Numbered from the stretch's first letter, positions 11,633-24,592 are shown. The stretch is DNA of 64,000 bases from Gracilinanus agilis (GCF_016433145.1 NC_058135.1:274826553-274890552); one strand, 5' to 3'. The notes: generated from the sequence alone by a model not told the origin. Made by a program: numbers and translations.

Positions 11633-12218
11633 ATCAGTTTCAAGTGGAAAGTATTTTTTTTAATCTGTACCATACTAGTAAAAGATAGGGTTTATCACCT
11701 TTAAGCAGATGTAGAAAGATTAATATTATTTTGCCAAAAGGAAGGAAGTGGATTGATATACATTTATAGAATACAGGATAACTATGTCAAAAATGTATAG
11801 AAATATTAATAGTAATTGAACCTAATAACAGACACATGTTCATTGAATTTGATGACCGTAACTAAAAGTGACTATCAAGTAACTGAGATATATTATCCCT
11901 GTACGAACTCAGTCAGCAATGTAGTAACAGAACAGTACAAATATCTGAGTCATGTGGATTTGTTTGGAGAAAAAGGAAGCTTTATGATGATCATTTAGGA
12001 CCAGATCAGTGACACGAGAAATTATAGAACAGTGATTCTTAAGGAGTCTGAATATAGTTATCAATCTAGGTTTTGTAAGAAAATGGTAAAAAAAATCACT
12101 ATATATTTTATAAGCCTAACACCTACTGAAAGATTATGATGGCTAGAATTATACATCAAAAGCTTATATGGGCTAACAGATTACAAATTAGCTTCAAGGT
12201 TTAAAAAGGATATTGATA

Positions 12219-12404
12219 GGGGCAGCTGGGTAGCTCAGTGGATTGAGAGCCAGGCCTAGAGACGGGAGGTCCTAGGTTCAAATCCGGCCTCAGACACTTC
12301 CCAGCTGTGTGACCCTGGGCAAGGCACTCGACCCCCATTGCCTATCCTTACCAATCTTCCACCTATAAGTCAATACACAGAAGTTAAGGGTTTAAAAATT
12401 AAAA
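12219..12404 (+). mobile_element. SINE1_Mdo-type SINE, full length, young
   Basis: GGGGCAGCTGGGTAGCTCAG start, A tail, perfect 16-bp TSD AAAAAGGATATTGATA (12203-12218 / 12405-12420) at a TT|AAAA site. Confidence 0.97.
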
Positions 12405-13216
12405 AAAAAGGATATTGATAAACTGGATAAAGGTGAGAGTAGGGCAACCAGTATGGTTAAAAACCCTGAGTTCATATTACATGAATATCACATAAATGGC
12501 ATAAAAGGTCTAGGAAGTAAAGACTCAAAGTGGATATGATAGCTTCAAGTATATGAAGAGATATTATATATAAGAGATTTTCTTTTTCTGTTGGGCATCA
12601 AAGTACATAAGGAAGATTAATAATTAGAAAATCTAGAGAAGAAAATGTTGACTTAAAGTCGGGGGAGAACCCAAACACCTTAAAAATTAGAGTAATCTCA
12701 AAATGAAAAGAGATATTTGGAGACAGAGACAAAGAGATAGAGAAAGAGACAGAGATATTCCTTCATGCTTTTGAATATTTTCAATGAGAATGACTTTATC
12801 AACTCTCATAGCTATCAATTATGTAACTTCTTAACGTTTACAGAGTCAGTAAATGTTCTTGCTTTATCTTCATATGACTGAGAGATAGCTGCTGTTTTAG
12901 ATGAAGAAAATGAGATTGAGAAAGGTTGAGTGATTTTCTCAGTGTCCCATAGCTAGTATGTATCTGGGGCAGTTTTAAACTAAAAAATATTATGATATAT
13001 TAAGCTCAAATATGTCTTCCTTCCTGTATTTGTTGGAAAATATAACAAAGACTGTTGAAGTTCTTCTAAATGTCAAATTCAGTTGGTATGTGTTGTCTTG
13101 TCTTGAGATGCTTCTCAACTAGTGTAATCTAACTACACTACACTTACACACTCTTTATCATTAATGTAGCATATATTTATTGGACAGTGTTACACATTTA
13201 AAATATTTATCTCTTC

Positions 13217-13774
13217 TGTTATGAAAGCAAATGTCTTTGCTTTTAGATAATTGTTACAGCTGGAAATATATTACTTGTGAATGCAACAATGAATGCTTGT
13301 AAGTTATCATTTAAGTAGTGCTCATCCAGAGAACATCTTGACTCCAGAGTGGTCTTTCTCTGAGGGCCCTAATCCTTAAGTGAAGGTGAGGGGAAGAATG
13401 CTCTTAGTCCCTGCCATTCTCCTCAAAATCTTTTTGTGGCTCAAGATTGTTAACTATGTTCAAATAATTTCTCACTTAAGACCTCCCATGATATGCTGCA
13501 ACTCTTACTTCATCAACTTAAAGTCATAGGACTCTTCTCCCACAGAGTTTATACACCAGCACAAATAGAAATCTCACAAAGTCATGATTTCTTTCCTATC
13601 TTCCATCATTCTTTGACATAAATCTTGGCTACTGAAATGTACTCAGTTAGTATTTCTGTCTATTAAAGTTATCCCTCTCCTTTAAAGTACAGGCAAAATA
13701 AGTCTTTTCTCCTTCAAGGCATTCTTGAATCCCAAATCTGAAATTATTTTAATTTCTCGGGTACTATCAAAACA
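13217..13774 (+). mobile_element. Possible solo LTR
   Basis: TGTT...AACA ends, locally higher GC and an ATTAAA near the 3' part; no matching TSD found. Confidence 0.3.
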
Positions 13775-13799
13775 TGCTATATTTACATTTATATGAATT

Positions 13800-14320
13800 G
13801 TAATATTCTGAAAACTTATTTTTAGGTGGATGTAGCAGTTCACCAGACTCCCAATTTTAAAAAATTATTGAGGACTCCAAAAAATATTTGTTTATGAGTA
13901 GTGGGTCTATCAATATGTTATAACCCTTTTGAAATTTAAACTAATAAAGTTCAAAATATTTATTAATCCACTTGAAATAATAATAAGCTCATTATCCATC
14001 AACAAATTTTTGCAAGCATATTTTCCAAATTAAAAAAGAGAATGCTATATTATGAGATTTTTTTATATATCTCTTTAATTTTCAACTTTTAGAATAAACA
14101 TCTATTATTATATTTCTTGCATTTCATTGTGTTAAGATTGATGAGGTTTCTTTAATATGTAAAGAATATTTAGGTCACAGATATATAGTTGAAAAAGGAG
14201 GTATATTTTAATAGAAAATATCAATATTATTATAAAAGTAATTTTGACATTGACAGTACCTTTACATTTTCTCAGGGATCCTCAGAGGTCTTTAGCCTAT
14301 TCTTTGATAAACAGTGTTAG
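13800..14320 (+). mobile_element. Charlie1-family hAT DNA transposon remnant (Charlie1b_Mars/MER33-like)
   Basis: aaaaattattgaggactccaaa...cacagatatatagttgaaaaaggaggtatattttaatag...attttgac...ctttgataaacagtg follows the Charlie1 end sequences as I recall them. Confidence 0.7.
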
Positions 14321-15151
14321 TATATATGTCACAAAGTCTCAGAATCTTCATTATTAAATATCTACCAAGTCTTTATCCATTTATTTATTGAAGACCTACA
14401 AGGGTATATTTGGTGAATACTGTAAGAGATTGGAGATCCATAAAATCATTACAAAATATACTCCTCTTTGGGAAGGATCAAATATTTGGAAGTTGTTCTT
14501 GTCTCCACATAAAACCTAAATTTTCATCTCTGTGTCATCCACACATTGTTTCTGTTTCTATTTCAGATAGCAAACAGAAAAAAAGGTGAATCAATTCTGT
14601 ACATGGTTTTAACTTCAAAATATAATTGACCTATTAGTTCTATTCATCTGAGAGCTAGACAGGGTCAATGACCATACCTTAGGTATACTTTTAGGCCAAC
14701 GCTTGAAAGCTTACGTCTTACATGTATACAGTAGGCACTTAATAATTGACATTTTTATTATGATGTCTTGATTTATTGCCATGTAAAATATTACAAACAT
14801 AACATAATGTATTTTTAAACTGCATTATTTTGTTAAAATATGTTCTGAATGTTAAGGGGAAACAAAAGATGATTTTAAAATTAATGAATCGATTAAATTT
14901 TGAAAGTATCAAACTTTTACAATGTGTCAAGTCCTGTGCTAAAGATTTGTAATGCAAATAAAGTCAAATAATGTCACTGCCTCCAGGAATTTTACACTCA
15001 CTCTTTAGGAAGCTAAGAACACATTTAAGAAAGTGATGATCAAGGAAGCATATTTTAATATGGAAAATTTGCAGTGATTATGGGTGGAATGAAAAAGTGC
15101 AGGTTGACAGTCTATGTCAGAGGATTTGGAGTGAGAGTCATTCTTATAGGT

Positions 15152-15347
15152 CCATGTAGGCAAAGGCATGGCACACTGGTCCCAACGGCATGGAAGGGGC
15201 TGCTCCATTCCCCCTCTCCACAGATCCTGAGGACATTTTTTGAATTCCCCACCCCTCTGTCCAGCACCCAATGGGAGCACCTTCTTCCCTCTACTGTCTT
15301 GATGTTGTAGTTTGGGTACATGACCTTAAGAACTTTTGCCAGTGCTA
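15152..15347 (+). mobile_element. hAT MITE, short variant related to 3481-3860 and 53725-54379
   Basis: Shared core ttcccctctccac..cctgaggacattttttga; degenerate TIRs; TSD TTATAGGT (15144-15151) / TTATAGGG (15348-15355). Confidence 0.75.
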
Positions 15348-15704
15348 TTATAGGGCATTGATTAATTCTATTATTTTCTGAATAAAGAAACTAAGATATG
15401 GGAAAGTTAACCAATTTGACAAAAGTTATTCAAATAAGAAATGTAAAACAATTTGTAACTCTTCCTTTTTTGTCTACTACATTTCTGCAACAGGCTTGCC
15501 CTTTAGCAACAACCAGTCTTTTGCTCTCCACCTTACCAACAGATTGTATTAATTATAAGAATAAAAATTCATTGAGATTATAGATCATCTTGTTTTCTTG
15601 TGTTTATATCCCTAATGCTTCATACAGTTTTTGTGACCCAAGTTCTTAATAGATTACTATTTCTCATTCTCTTCTTTTTCTCATGTTCTCATTCTCTCAT
15701 TTTC

Positions 15705-15752
15705 TCTCTCACTTTCTCTTTCTTTCTCTCCCTCTCTGACTCTCTCCTCTGC

Positions 15753-15802
<50 letters not shown>
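15705..15802. repeat. (TC)n(TA)n compound microsatellite
   Basis: Direct reading; single N at 15803. Confidence 0.9.
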
Positions 15803-15884
15803 NAAGGGGGAATATAATTTTTTTATTTGTACAAATAAATTCTGTATATCCTAGTATAATATATTAACAAAATAAATTAATCAC

Positions 15885-16110
15885 ACTGAGTAGATACTAG
15901 TGGTGGTAAATTGGGAATCAGGAAAGATCTTTTTGAGGAGATAGACTTTGAGTTTAGTCCAGAAGGAAGCCAAGGAAGCTAAATGGGGAAGATGAAGTTT
16001 TGGCATTGGGTATAGCCAATAGAAATAAATGGACTTTGGAAAAGGAGTGTAATTAATGAGGATAAACAAGTAAGTCAATGTACTGTGTGGAAGGCAAGAA
16101 GTATTTGAAA
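15885..16110 (-). mobile_element. L2 fragment
   Basis: Purine-rich gggaatcaggaaagatc...ttgagtttagtccagaaggaagccaaggaagc resembles antisense L2. Confidence 0.55.
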
Positions 16111-16181
16111 ATTCCATCTGGAAACTGAAGGTTCAAAAACCAAGATTCTTGCTTTTTAAGCATGGCTTTTTAGTCTTTTTA

Positions 16182-16186
<5 letters not shown>

Positions 16187-16218
<32 letters not shown>
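16187..16218. repeat. (TA)16 microsatellite
   Basis: Direct reading. Confidence 0.95.
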
Positions 16219-16221
<3 letters not shown>

Positions 16222-16229
16222 TCTTTATC

Positions 16230-16415
16230 ATTCTTGCCTTTTCTATTTTTGATTTTTGCAAATGGCTAATATGGACAGGTGTTTTACATGATTTCACATG
16301 TACAAATGATATCATATTGCTTTCCTTCACAAGAGGGTATTGAACAGCAAAGAAGGAGGGATAGAATTTAGAAATCAAAATTGCTTTAAATTATTATTAT
16401 AAATAAATAAAAAGA
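16230..16415 (+). mobile_element. Old L1 3' tail fragment
   Basis: ctaatatggacaggtgttttacatgatttcacatgtacaaatgatatcatattgc...ggagggatagaattt followed by an A-rich end. Confidence 0.7.
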
Positions 16416-16510
16416 GGAAAAATAAAGTTTATCCCTAAAAACAGATGAAAGTGGTAGCAAGTAGTCATTTATTCAGAGATTTAAATGAAAAGTCAAGTAA
16501 AAATTCTATT

Positions 16511-17440
16511 TTATTTGAATTTCATAAATATTTTTGTTGTCCACACCTTCTTCATAGCATTCTTCATCTCTGTATTTCTCAGTGTGTAGATGAGAGGGTT
16601 CATCATAGGTGCAATGACTGTGTAAAACATTGAAAACTCCTTGTCATTTTGGCTGGCACTGGGAGGTGGAATATAGGTGGCTATACAAGGTACAAAGAAT
16701 AGTACAACAACCATGACATGGGAAGCACAGGTTGAGAGGGCTTTACGTCGAGCTTCTGATGAATGGTTCCTAAGATTATATAATATGACTATGTAAGATG
16801 CCACCAAGACCAGAAAAGTAGCCAACACAACCATCCCAGTATTTGCAATGACTAAGATATTAGGAATGCGTGTGTCAGTGCAGACAAGTTTTAAGAGGGC
16901 TTTCACATCACATATATAATGGTCTACTTGATTAGGACCACAGAAAGGCAGTCTAATGACCATGAGCATCTGGGAAATAGCATGCCAAAAGGCAACCACC
17001 CAGGCCATCAAGAGCATTATGTTGCATCTTTGTCGGTTCACAATTATCATGTAATGCAAAGGTTTACAAATGGCAACATAACGATCAAAGGCCATAGACA
17101 CCAGAATGAACATTTCAACACCTGAAAGAAAATGAGCAGTAAAGAGCTGTGTCATACAGCAATTATAGGAGATATATTTTTGCTTGGCAATTAAGTCTCT
17201 GATTAACCGAGGAACCACAGTGGAAGTATAGGCGAGATCCATGTAAGACAAATGACAAAGAAAATAGTACATAGGCTGTTGGATCAAATGACTACATATG
17301 ATAGTGATAAAGATAATGATATTACCAAAGAATATGGCAAAATAACATAACAAGAAGATTACAAAACACATCACCTTAACCTCCTCATTCATGTAAAGTC
17401 CCAAGAGAACAAATTCTGTGACATTGTTTTGATTTTCCAT
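16511..17440 (-). CDS. Olfactory receptor, family 4 (OR-B), 309 aa, intact
   Basis: Full 7TM OR motif set ([31 protein letters not shown]); close paralog of OR-A and OR-C. Confidence 0.97.
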   Translation of the reverse strand: MENQNNVTEFVLLGLYMNEEVKVMCFVIFLLCYFAIFFGNIIIFITIICSHLIQQPMYYFLCHLSYMDLAYTSTVVPRLIRDLIAKQKYISYNCCMTQLFTAHFLSGVEMFILVSMAFDRYVAICKPLHYMIIVNRQRCNIMLLMAWVVAFWHAISQMLMVIRLPFCGPNQVDHYICDVKALLKLVCTDTRIPNILVIANTGMVVLATFLVLVASYIVILYNLRNHSSEARRKALSTCASHVMVVVLFFVPCIATYIPPPSASQNDKEFSMFYTVIAPMMNPLIYTLRNTEMKNAMKKVWTTKIFMKFK

Positions 17441-17484
17441 ATATTTAAAGTAGGTGATGGCTTGCCAGGAGGAATCTAATTCAT

Positions 17485-17505
17485 CTGAAATTTGAACAAA
17501 TATAA
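17485..17505 (-). promoter_or_regulatory. Predicted splice acceptor of OR-B (TTTCAG|ATG), exon starts at 17484
   Basis: Minus strand aatttcag|atgaattag, homologous to OR-A. Confidence 0.7.
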
Positions 17506-17972
17506 TAAATCAGTTAAATTGCTGAGTTTGTAGAGGCTTTTGAATGGAAATCTCATTAGTAGATCATGGATGCAATTTTAATTTTATAATTTGACTTTAT
17601 TTTCTATACACTTAAATGAGAAGACAAAAGCTTGTCTTAATTTCATTCAAATGAGGGATATTCTTATAAAATTATGTACCTATAGCCCTTCTCATGCTAT
17701 TAAAATCCATTTATACCTGTAAGTTAGAAATGCAACAAACTTTTAAAGACCTGATTAAATCACAAAAGTCCACTTAATAGACTACCAAATCATGAAGATT
17801 TTTTTTGAGCACATGCCATACATAAGGTAGTTCTTAAAATTAAAATGCATTCATTAAAAAAGAAAATTCCTAAATTTATTTGTTTATGTAAAGTGTATAA
17901 TATGAGTATATTTTCAGGGAAAGTGGAATAAATATTAAGTATGAATATGATAGTTCATCAAAAGACTCTTTA

Positions 17973-18155
17973 GGGGGCAGCTGGGTAGCTCAGTGGAGTG
18001 AGAGTCAGGCCTAGAGACAGGAGGTCCTAGGTTCAAACCCGGCCTCAGCCACTTCCCAGCTGTGTGACCCTGGGCAAGTCACTTGACCCTCATTGCCCAC
18101 CCTTACCACTCTTCCACCTATGAGACAATACACCAAAGTACAAGGGTTAAAAAAA
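17973..18155 (+). mobile_element. SINE1_Mdo-type SINE, young, inside predicted OR-B intron
   Basis: Full length with A tail; perfect 13-bp TSD AAAAGACTCTTTA (17960-17972 / 18156-18168). Confidence 0.97.
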
Positions 18156-19222
18156 AAAAGACTCTTTAAAATACTTTTTGGAAAACCAGGAGGAAAAAAA
18201 AAGTAGAAAACAAAACTTCTCCCACTCCTGATCCATCTTACATAGTCAATTAGCAGTCAGTGAGAAATTATAGGCTTTCAAAAGATGAAATGAATTGGAA
18301 ATGTTTAAAGCATGACAGGCTCAGCTCCCATACTTGATGTTTTAAAATATAATGAGAAAAATTTGACAATGTGTTAAAAATGAAACAAAAACACTTATGA
18401 ATTTATTTCCATTCCTGGAAAAGAAGTGTGGATTAATGAATAAGTGAATAGGTTCCTCTGATTTCCATAAATTCAGGGGTGAAAAAAAATTAGTACAGGG
18501 TGAAGGAGAAAGAAATGAGATTAAGAGGAGTAAAGACCATTACTGTGATAATTTTAAGAGACTTAGGTATCGGTGTATTTTTACAACTTGTGTAGCAATT
18601 GAGTTTTTAATATAAATATTATGATTTTCTGGACTTTGAGGGAAAAGGTAAAAATCACCATCCTCTTGTTTCCCCTTTGTATCATATTTTCTTCTGATTT
18701 TCTTAAATAAAAGTATCTTCCTACTCTAGACTCATACTCTAGGTATGTTCCTTACCCCTTTCTTCCATTATCCCTCTTCTTTTCCTTCACATCATCTTCC
18801 TTCTTTTTTTTACAACTTGTGAGAGTCCTTGGATAAAGTTAAAGATTACTACTAATCCTATACTCAAATATTTCAAGCTTGGAAGGACATATCAGAATTT
18901 TCCTTAGCTAATTCCACTCCTGGCATAGATGTAGAGAACACAGATCCAATATCATTACTGTTTTTAATAAATTAAACATTTTTTGACATGGGGTAAATAT
19001 TAACAATAATGTTTGCAGCAAGCTTCCCACTATCAAGCAATTTTGAACCATAATACTTGGATTTTAATACTTAATTCCTAATACTATAAAAGAAAATGTA
19101 GAATTAGGACAGATGGGAACAATGATGGAAAGAAAAGTCAAATTAGATTCATGATTGAATTAGTATAACTTGTAAAGGAAATAAGACATTAATTCATAAT
19201 ATATTTGAGGTGAAGGGAAATT

Positions 19223-19320
19223 ATTGTTGTTCAGTCATTTCAGATGTGTCTAACACTTCACAACCATATTTGGAGTTTTCTTAGTCAAGATACTGGAGTA
19301 GTTTCCCATTTCCTTCTCCA
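19223..19320 (-). mobile_element. MAR1-type SINE, RTE-derived tail
   Basis: gttgttcagtcatttcagatgtgtc...gatactggagtagtttcccatttccttctcc. Confidence 0.8.
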
Positions 19321-20559
19321 GAAAGAAGATAGCAGAGAAAGAAGACAAAACAAAACCATCCATGCAAAGTACAGGGAAAGGAATTATAATTTGATTGCTC
19401 TAAGGAAATTCCAGGTAATAAAATTCCCTCTTCAAGTTAAGGTTAGTGCCTTTTCTTCAAGTTATGATCTTAGAGACCTGCCTAGAACACTGAGAAGTGA
19501 TTTGCCAAGATTTAAAGAGGCAATGTTTTTCAGAGGTACTACCTTACTTAGCGCATGTAAAATATGAACAACTATGTATCTATATAATTATTTTCCCATT
19601 AATATAAAATGTTTCTGTTTCTAATGAGAACATCCTTCAGGCTTTCATTAATAGGGAATACACAAGTTTTTCACATGTTTTATTCTATGAATATTCACTC
19701 TTTTACCATCATGTAGCTGACTGAAAAATGTATGTAATATATAATATCCCACTACTTAAACAATTAGTATCTAAATCAAATTAAATGAAGCAAGCCATCT
19801 ATAATATTTTGTTACATGCCTAGCATTCCACCTGAAAATTGATGTAGCTTTTGATTTGATATAATCTATTAACTCAAATTCCCTTTCATTAGTACTACCA
19901 TACATGCATCCTAATAATGCAAGATTCTTTGATCCATAAAAATCCCAGATACCTCTGATCATTAATATCAAATAAGGCATAAAAAAGGAGACATGGGCTC
20001 ACCAATTCTTGTCACCATAGTCTTTAAGTAGAAACAGAAGAGAAGCCAAGTTGAAGAGAGAGATTTCCTATAGGTAGTGAAGCCCTACTCATGTTCTCAT
20101 TGCTGAGTACTATTTTATTCCTTGCATCAAGCCCTAGAAAATTGCAGAACTTTCTGGGCAAGGTACATAACCACATTTAAAAAATGATTTAACCAAATAT
20201 ACAGAAAAGAAAAGAAAAAAAACAGGTTAATTATGAGTGCTTTTCATTTAGATTATGAGATGCATTGAGAAAGATTTCCTTCACAATATAAACATCTATC
20301 TATTTCTATCTATTCCTGTATTTAGATATATCTTTATTGTGAAAACTAATATATGCATATAAACTTTTAAAACTTGGTTACCTTTTAAAAATTTAAGGTC
20401 CTTAAATTTCTGTACACAAAGACCTATTTTATTAATATCGAGATCCTACCAATATAGTACATATAAAAAGTCATGATATGACATTGTCTACATAGATTTA
20501 AAAAAATGATGGCCACTCCAATAGCAGTAGAAAAGGGTACGGATATGATGAACAGACGA

Positions 20560-20830
20560 TAAAGCATATAGAAATTAGGGAATAAATAGAATTAATGGAT
20601 CAAAACTGACCTAAAATATGGTTTAAGCATTGATAAATGTCTAGGAAAATCACTGGGTAATTTATGTATTCAATTAGTAGATTCCAGATAACAAGAGGAT
20701 GAAGAAGGAGCTAGGATACTGGGAATGGACCATATATGGTGAAATTAATGTACAAAATGGACAACAGTCACCCAGAATGGGCTGGATTAGTTAGGTAGTA
20801 GTCTGTATTATTCAAGATAACTACCACAAA
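20560..20830 (+). mobile_element. Possible old RTE LINE fragment
   Basis: Degenerate similarity (caaaatggacaacagtcacccagaatgggctggattag) to marsupial RTE; by eye only. Confidence 0.4.
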
Positions 20831-21476
20831 GGTGAGATAAATCAGAGGTCTACTATAATTTAATTTCTCAGTAGTAAAATCCTATAAATTGAATGTTAAT
20901 TTCTGTGTTCCTCTGCCTCTGTATCTTTTTATCTCATTGGATTTTCACTTTACCTGTATATGCCACTCATTAATATCATCAAGTAACACTGGTGAAGCTA
21001 CCCATATATTTTAGTTTAAATAACTAAATTCTAACACTTCATCATTTCAGAGGGGAAAAAATGTACCATTTATTATGAAGAAATTATGTTTATGTTACCA
21101 ATGTGCAATTCTTGTTCCCAGAGCTATGAATAGTTTCTATCAATTACTAAAAAAATGTTAATTGGAGCCACCTTAAATCAATTAATTTCCAAAATTCTGA
21201 TTGAGATTGTCTTTGTTACCATTTTAGAAAGAAGCCTCATCTCTGTGATTCAAAGGGGGGGGGAGTTAAGTATTATAATATAGAGCACTATATTTGATTG
21301 AGGAGGATCATTGAAAACATAATCTACAGCAGAAAGAATGTTAGCTGTCTTGTAATCTCATCCCTCTGTTTTACAGATAGAAACTGATAGTATTTTAATG
21401 ACTTAATATCCTATAGCTAAAAAATAAACAGTCATAATTCAAACCTTGGTTTGATCATTAAGAAGCACTTCATTGT

Positions 21477-21680
21477 GGAGGCAGCTGAGTGTCTCAGTGG
21501 ATTTCGAGCCAGGCCTAGAGACAGGAGGTATTATATTCAAATCTAAACTCAGATACTTCCCAGCTGTGTTACCCTGAGCAAGTCACTTAACCCCCATTAC
21601 CCAGCCTTTACTGCTCTTTTACCTTGGAACCAATATATAGTGTTGATTCTAAGATAGAAGGTGAAGGTTTAAAAAAGTAA
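21477..21680 (+). mobile_element. SINE1-related SINE, older long-tail variant
   Basis: Homologous to the SINE1 copies; degenerate TSD AAGAAGCACTTCATT / AAGAAATGATTCATT. Confidence 0.92.
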
Positions 21681-22124
21681 AAGAAATGATTCATTAGAAA
21701 ATTCAGTTTAACAATAAGAGGACACAAGTCAATGCAATTAGGGCCACAGGTTAGAGGGTGGTGAATGGGTAAAGATAGAATGTTTCGATTCCTAGAAATG
21801 ACTCTGCGCAGACTAAATATGTAGATATGGGAAAGCCACCAGATAGAAATTTAGAAATAGACAGTAGGAAAGAGACAATAAAAAAAGATGGAGAGGCAAA
21901 GACAAAGAAACAAAGAGAGTGACAAAGAAAGAGAGACAAAAATAGATAAATATTCAAAAAAAACTAACAAAACAACCCAAGAGAGACAGAAAGAGAAAGA
22001 GAAATGCAATGAAGGAAATAAAATGCAGATGAATGAATAAATAAAACTTACCTAAAGGCAAAAGAAGCTTTGAAAACAATTCAACTCAAACCAAAATAGT
22101 TCTTCTGCCTTCTTGAAAGGAAAT

Positions 22125-22320
22125 ATAGTATAGTGGAAAATGTAGGGAATTCATGTCATGATTTACATAGAATTGAATACTAGCTGTTATAGTTAATATT
22201 TGTGTATCCACTAAAAATTAACTGACTCTCTGAGTTCATTTCTTAATCCATAAAATGGAAACCTGTATTCCTTATCTCACTGAGTGAATATAAGAATTAA
22301 AGAAAATGATCTAGGTAAAT
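22125..22320 (+). mobile_element. MIR fragment
   Basis: tatagtatagtggaaaatg...ctctgagttcatttcttaatccataaaatggaa matches the MIR core. Confidence 0.6.
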
Positions 22321-22995
22321 GTTTTTTTTTTTAATTTTTAAATGATTTTTAAAATACCAGATATCATTAATTCTTCAATACTTAATTCAGTTGACAATAT
22401 CTCCTTGTGGAATCATTACACTATCTTGTAGTCTACTTATTTAGGCATATAAGATATTTCCCTATAAAATGTAAACTTAGTTATTCACTAATAGCCAGAT
22501 CAAATGGAAGATGGAAAGAAATATATTCCAATTTGTATGGAAAAAAGAGAAGATGCCACAATAGAAAACATCCTGGAGTCAGCAGACCATCAATATAGTT
22601 CTGACAAGTGTAAAAAATTTTGTTTGTGTTCTAATGTAGCTGTAAATTTCTCAATTTCAACATATTCAAAAATGGAAAATAAAAATCGCTTACATGAGAG
22701 GGACTTGACTATCAGGTCAAACAATTCAAAGGGAAAGGGCTTAGAAAGTGTCAGGTGTTAAGCCAAAGTAAGGATTAATCACTCTACTAAAAATTTTGTC
22801 AAACAAAATGTCATTCAGTCAGTTCTCAAGTTCATTCCATTACTAATATAGAGTGACTATAAATTGAGAAAATATGTTTGACTTTTTTTCTGGCATTAAC
22901 ACATGCCTTATATAGGGATAGTCTAAGGAAGACTGGAGTGAACAAAAATATAAAATGTGACAGGATGTGAGATAATTAAAAAAAAAAAAACTTAC

Positions 22996-23520
22996 ATTCT
23001 CATATATGACAAGGTAGATTCATCCCTGATTGATATTACTTCATGAAAAACAAATGTAGAATCTGAAACCCTTACTTCTCCCTGAGCAGTCGCATCAGTC
23101 AGCTGTGGATTCTTGGCATGTCTCAAAAAAGGATCTCATATCTGTATCTTTTGTCACAAGTCATTCCAAGTCTGTCTCTTGTATTGCTTAAAAGATGACA
23201 GTTTTTTTCAGAGTAATGTTAATTCTTTTGGATCCCTTATCATCTTGAAAACTGTCTTCTCTTCTAGACATGATCCCAGAGAAGGACAAACAGATGTCCT
23301 AAATCTCTGACTCCTCATCAAAATTTTAGACTGAAAAAAAATTCTAAGGGAGCTTTATCTAGAATTCTCTGATTTTACAGGTACATGTGGAACCAGGAGA
23401 TGGAATCCCAGAGGCATTTTTAGGCAACCAAAATTTTAGACTATTAAAGCAGACTGGCAAACTTTGTTGCAGAGGGAAATGATGTGTTTTTTTTTTTCTC
23501 TTTTGCTTTTTGGCTCCTGT
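22996..23520 (-). promoter_or_regulatory. Predicted promoter and first exon of OR-B; donors at 23075 (GAA|GTAAGG) and 22995 (AAT|GTAAGT)
   Basis: GATGGAATCCCAGAGGCATTT matches OR-A at 20/21 nt; TCCCAGAGA at 23274-23282; shared TTTTTGGCTCCTGT. Confidence 0.6.
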
Positions 23521-23853
23521 CATGTGTCCTCAATACCAGTAATATAAAAGTTAGACATTATACTTTTGACATTCAGCTGCCTCCACTAAAAGATATATTA
23601 ACAAATACCTTTTTAAAAATATTATTTTTCTACAACTACATGAAAAAAGGGATTTATCTTTTTTTAAGTTTGAGCCAAATTCTTACCCTCATTTATCCCT
23701 GTTTATGGCAATCAAACTGATATAGATTTTACATGTATTTCAATAATACATATTGTCCCAATAAAATTTCAGAAAAACATTGGGACACAATATCATCAGA
23801 GAAAGGTCATGATGCAAGAGATGTAGAAAATTAGAGATCTTGATTTCCTTTTT

Positions 23854-24033
23854 TTTAAAACCCTTAACTTCTGTGTATTGAATTATAGGTGGAAGAGTGA
23901 TAAGGGTAGGCAATGGGGGGTCAAGTGACCTGCCCAAGGTCACACAGCTGGGAAGTGTCTGAGGCCGGATTTGAACCTAGGACCTCCCATCTCTAGGCCT
24001 AGCTCTCAATCCACTGAGCTACTCAGCTGCCCC
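23854..24033 (-). mobile_element. SINE1_Mdo-type SINE
   Basis: Full-length reverse complement; TSD TTTCCTTTTT (23844-23853 / 24034-24043). Confidence 0.96.
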
Positions 24034-24383
24034 TTTCCTTTTTCTTTTGTCAAATTTTGAGTCATTTGTAATAATAACTAGGGGGAAACACTCATTTTAA
24101 AGCAATACATCATTAAAAATCTTTATCATTTTGTTTTGTTCCCAATATTTTAAAATAATTGCTCTCTTAAATACTGCTTATAATATACATCTCACTAACT
24201 CATTTCCTTCATGATTTTTGCAGCATTTGAAATGATTGAACATACCTCCTCTATTATGTTCTTTTGATTTCTACTTTTTAATGTGATATATCACTTTATC
24301 TTGGTTTTCTTTCCACTTTGTAACATTTATTGAAATGTAACATTCTAAGGCATCAGTCTAACGGAATAATTATAAAGGTAATG

Positions 24384-24396
24384 GATAGATAGATGA

Positions 24397-24432
<36 letters not shown>
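24384..24432. repeat. (TAGA)n tetranucleotide repeat
   Basis: Direct reading. Confidence 0.95.
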
Positions 24433-24592
24433 CATGACAGATCGATACATAAAAATAAAAATAACATTACTTCTAAGTTCTTCTACGTTAATTTTAAAAT
24501 ATAAATAGTATTCATACTCCAATTTTGATGTTGTTCAATAGGTTTAATTGGGTCCAACTTGTCATAACCGAATTTTTTAAGATTTTAAAATA

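Larger units (their letters stand above)
10880..12720 (+). mobile_element. L3/CR1 LINE fragments (about 10880-11200 and 12180-12720) interrupted by L1 and SINE1
   Basis: aaaaaggatattgataaactggataaggtgagagtagggcaaccagtatggttaaa resembles the CR1/L3 RT 3' region. Confidence 0.6.

Noticed and set aside
12219-12290. tRNA-like A/B boxes
   Set aside because: These are SINE heads, not tRNA genes; no cloverleaf 3' end.
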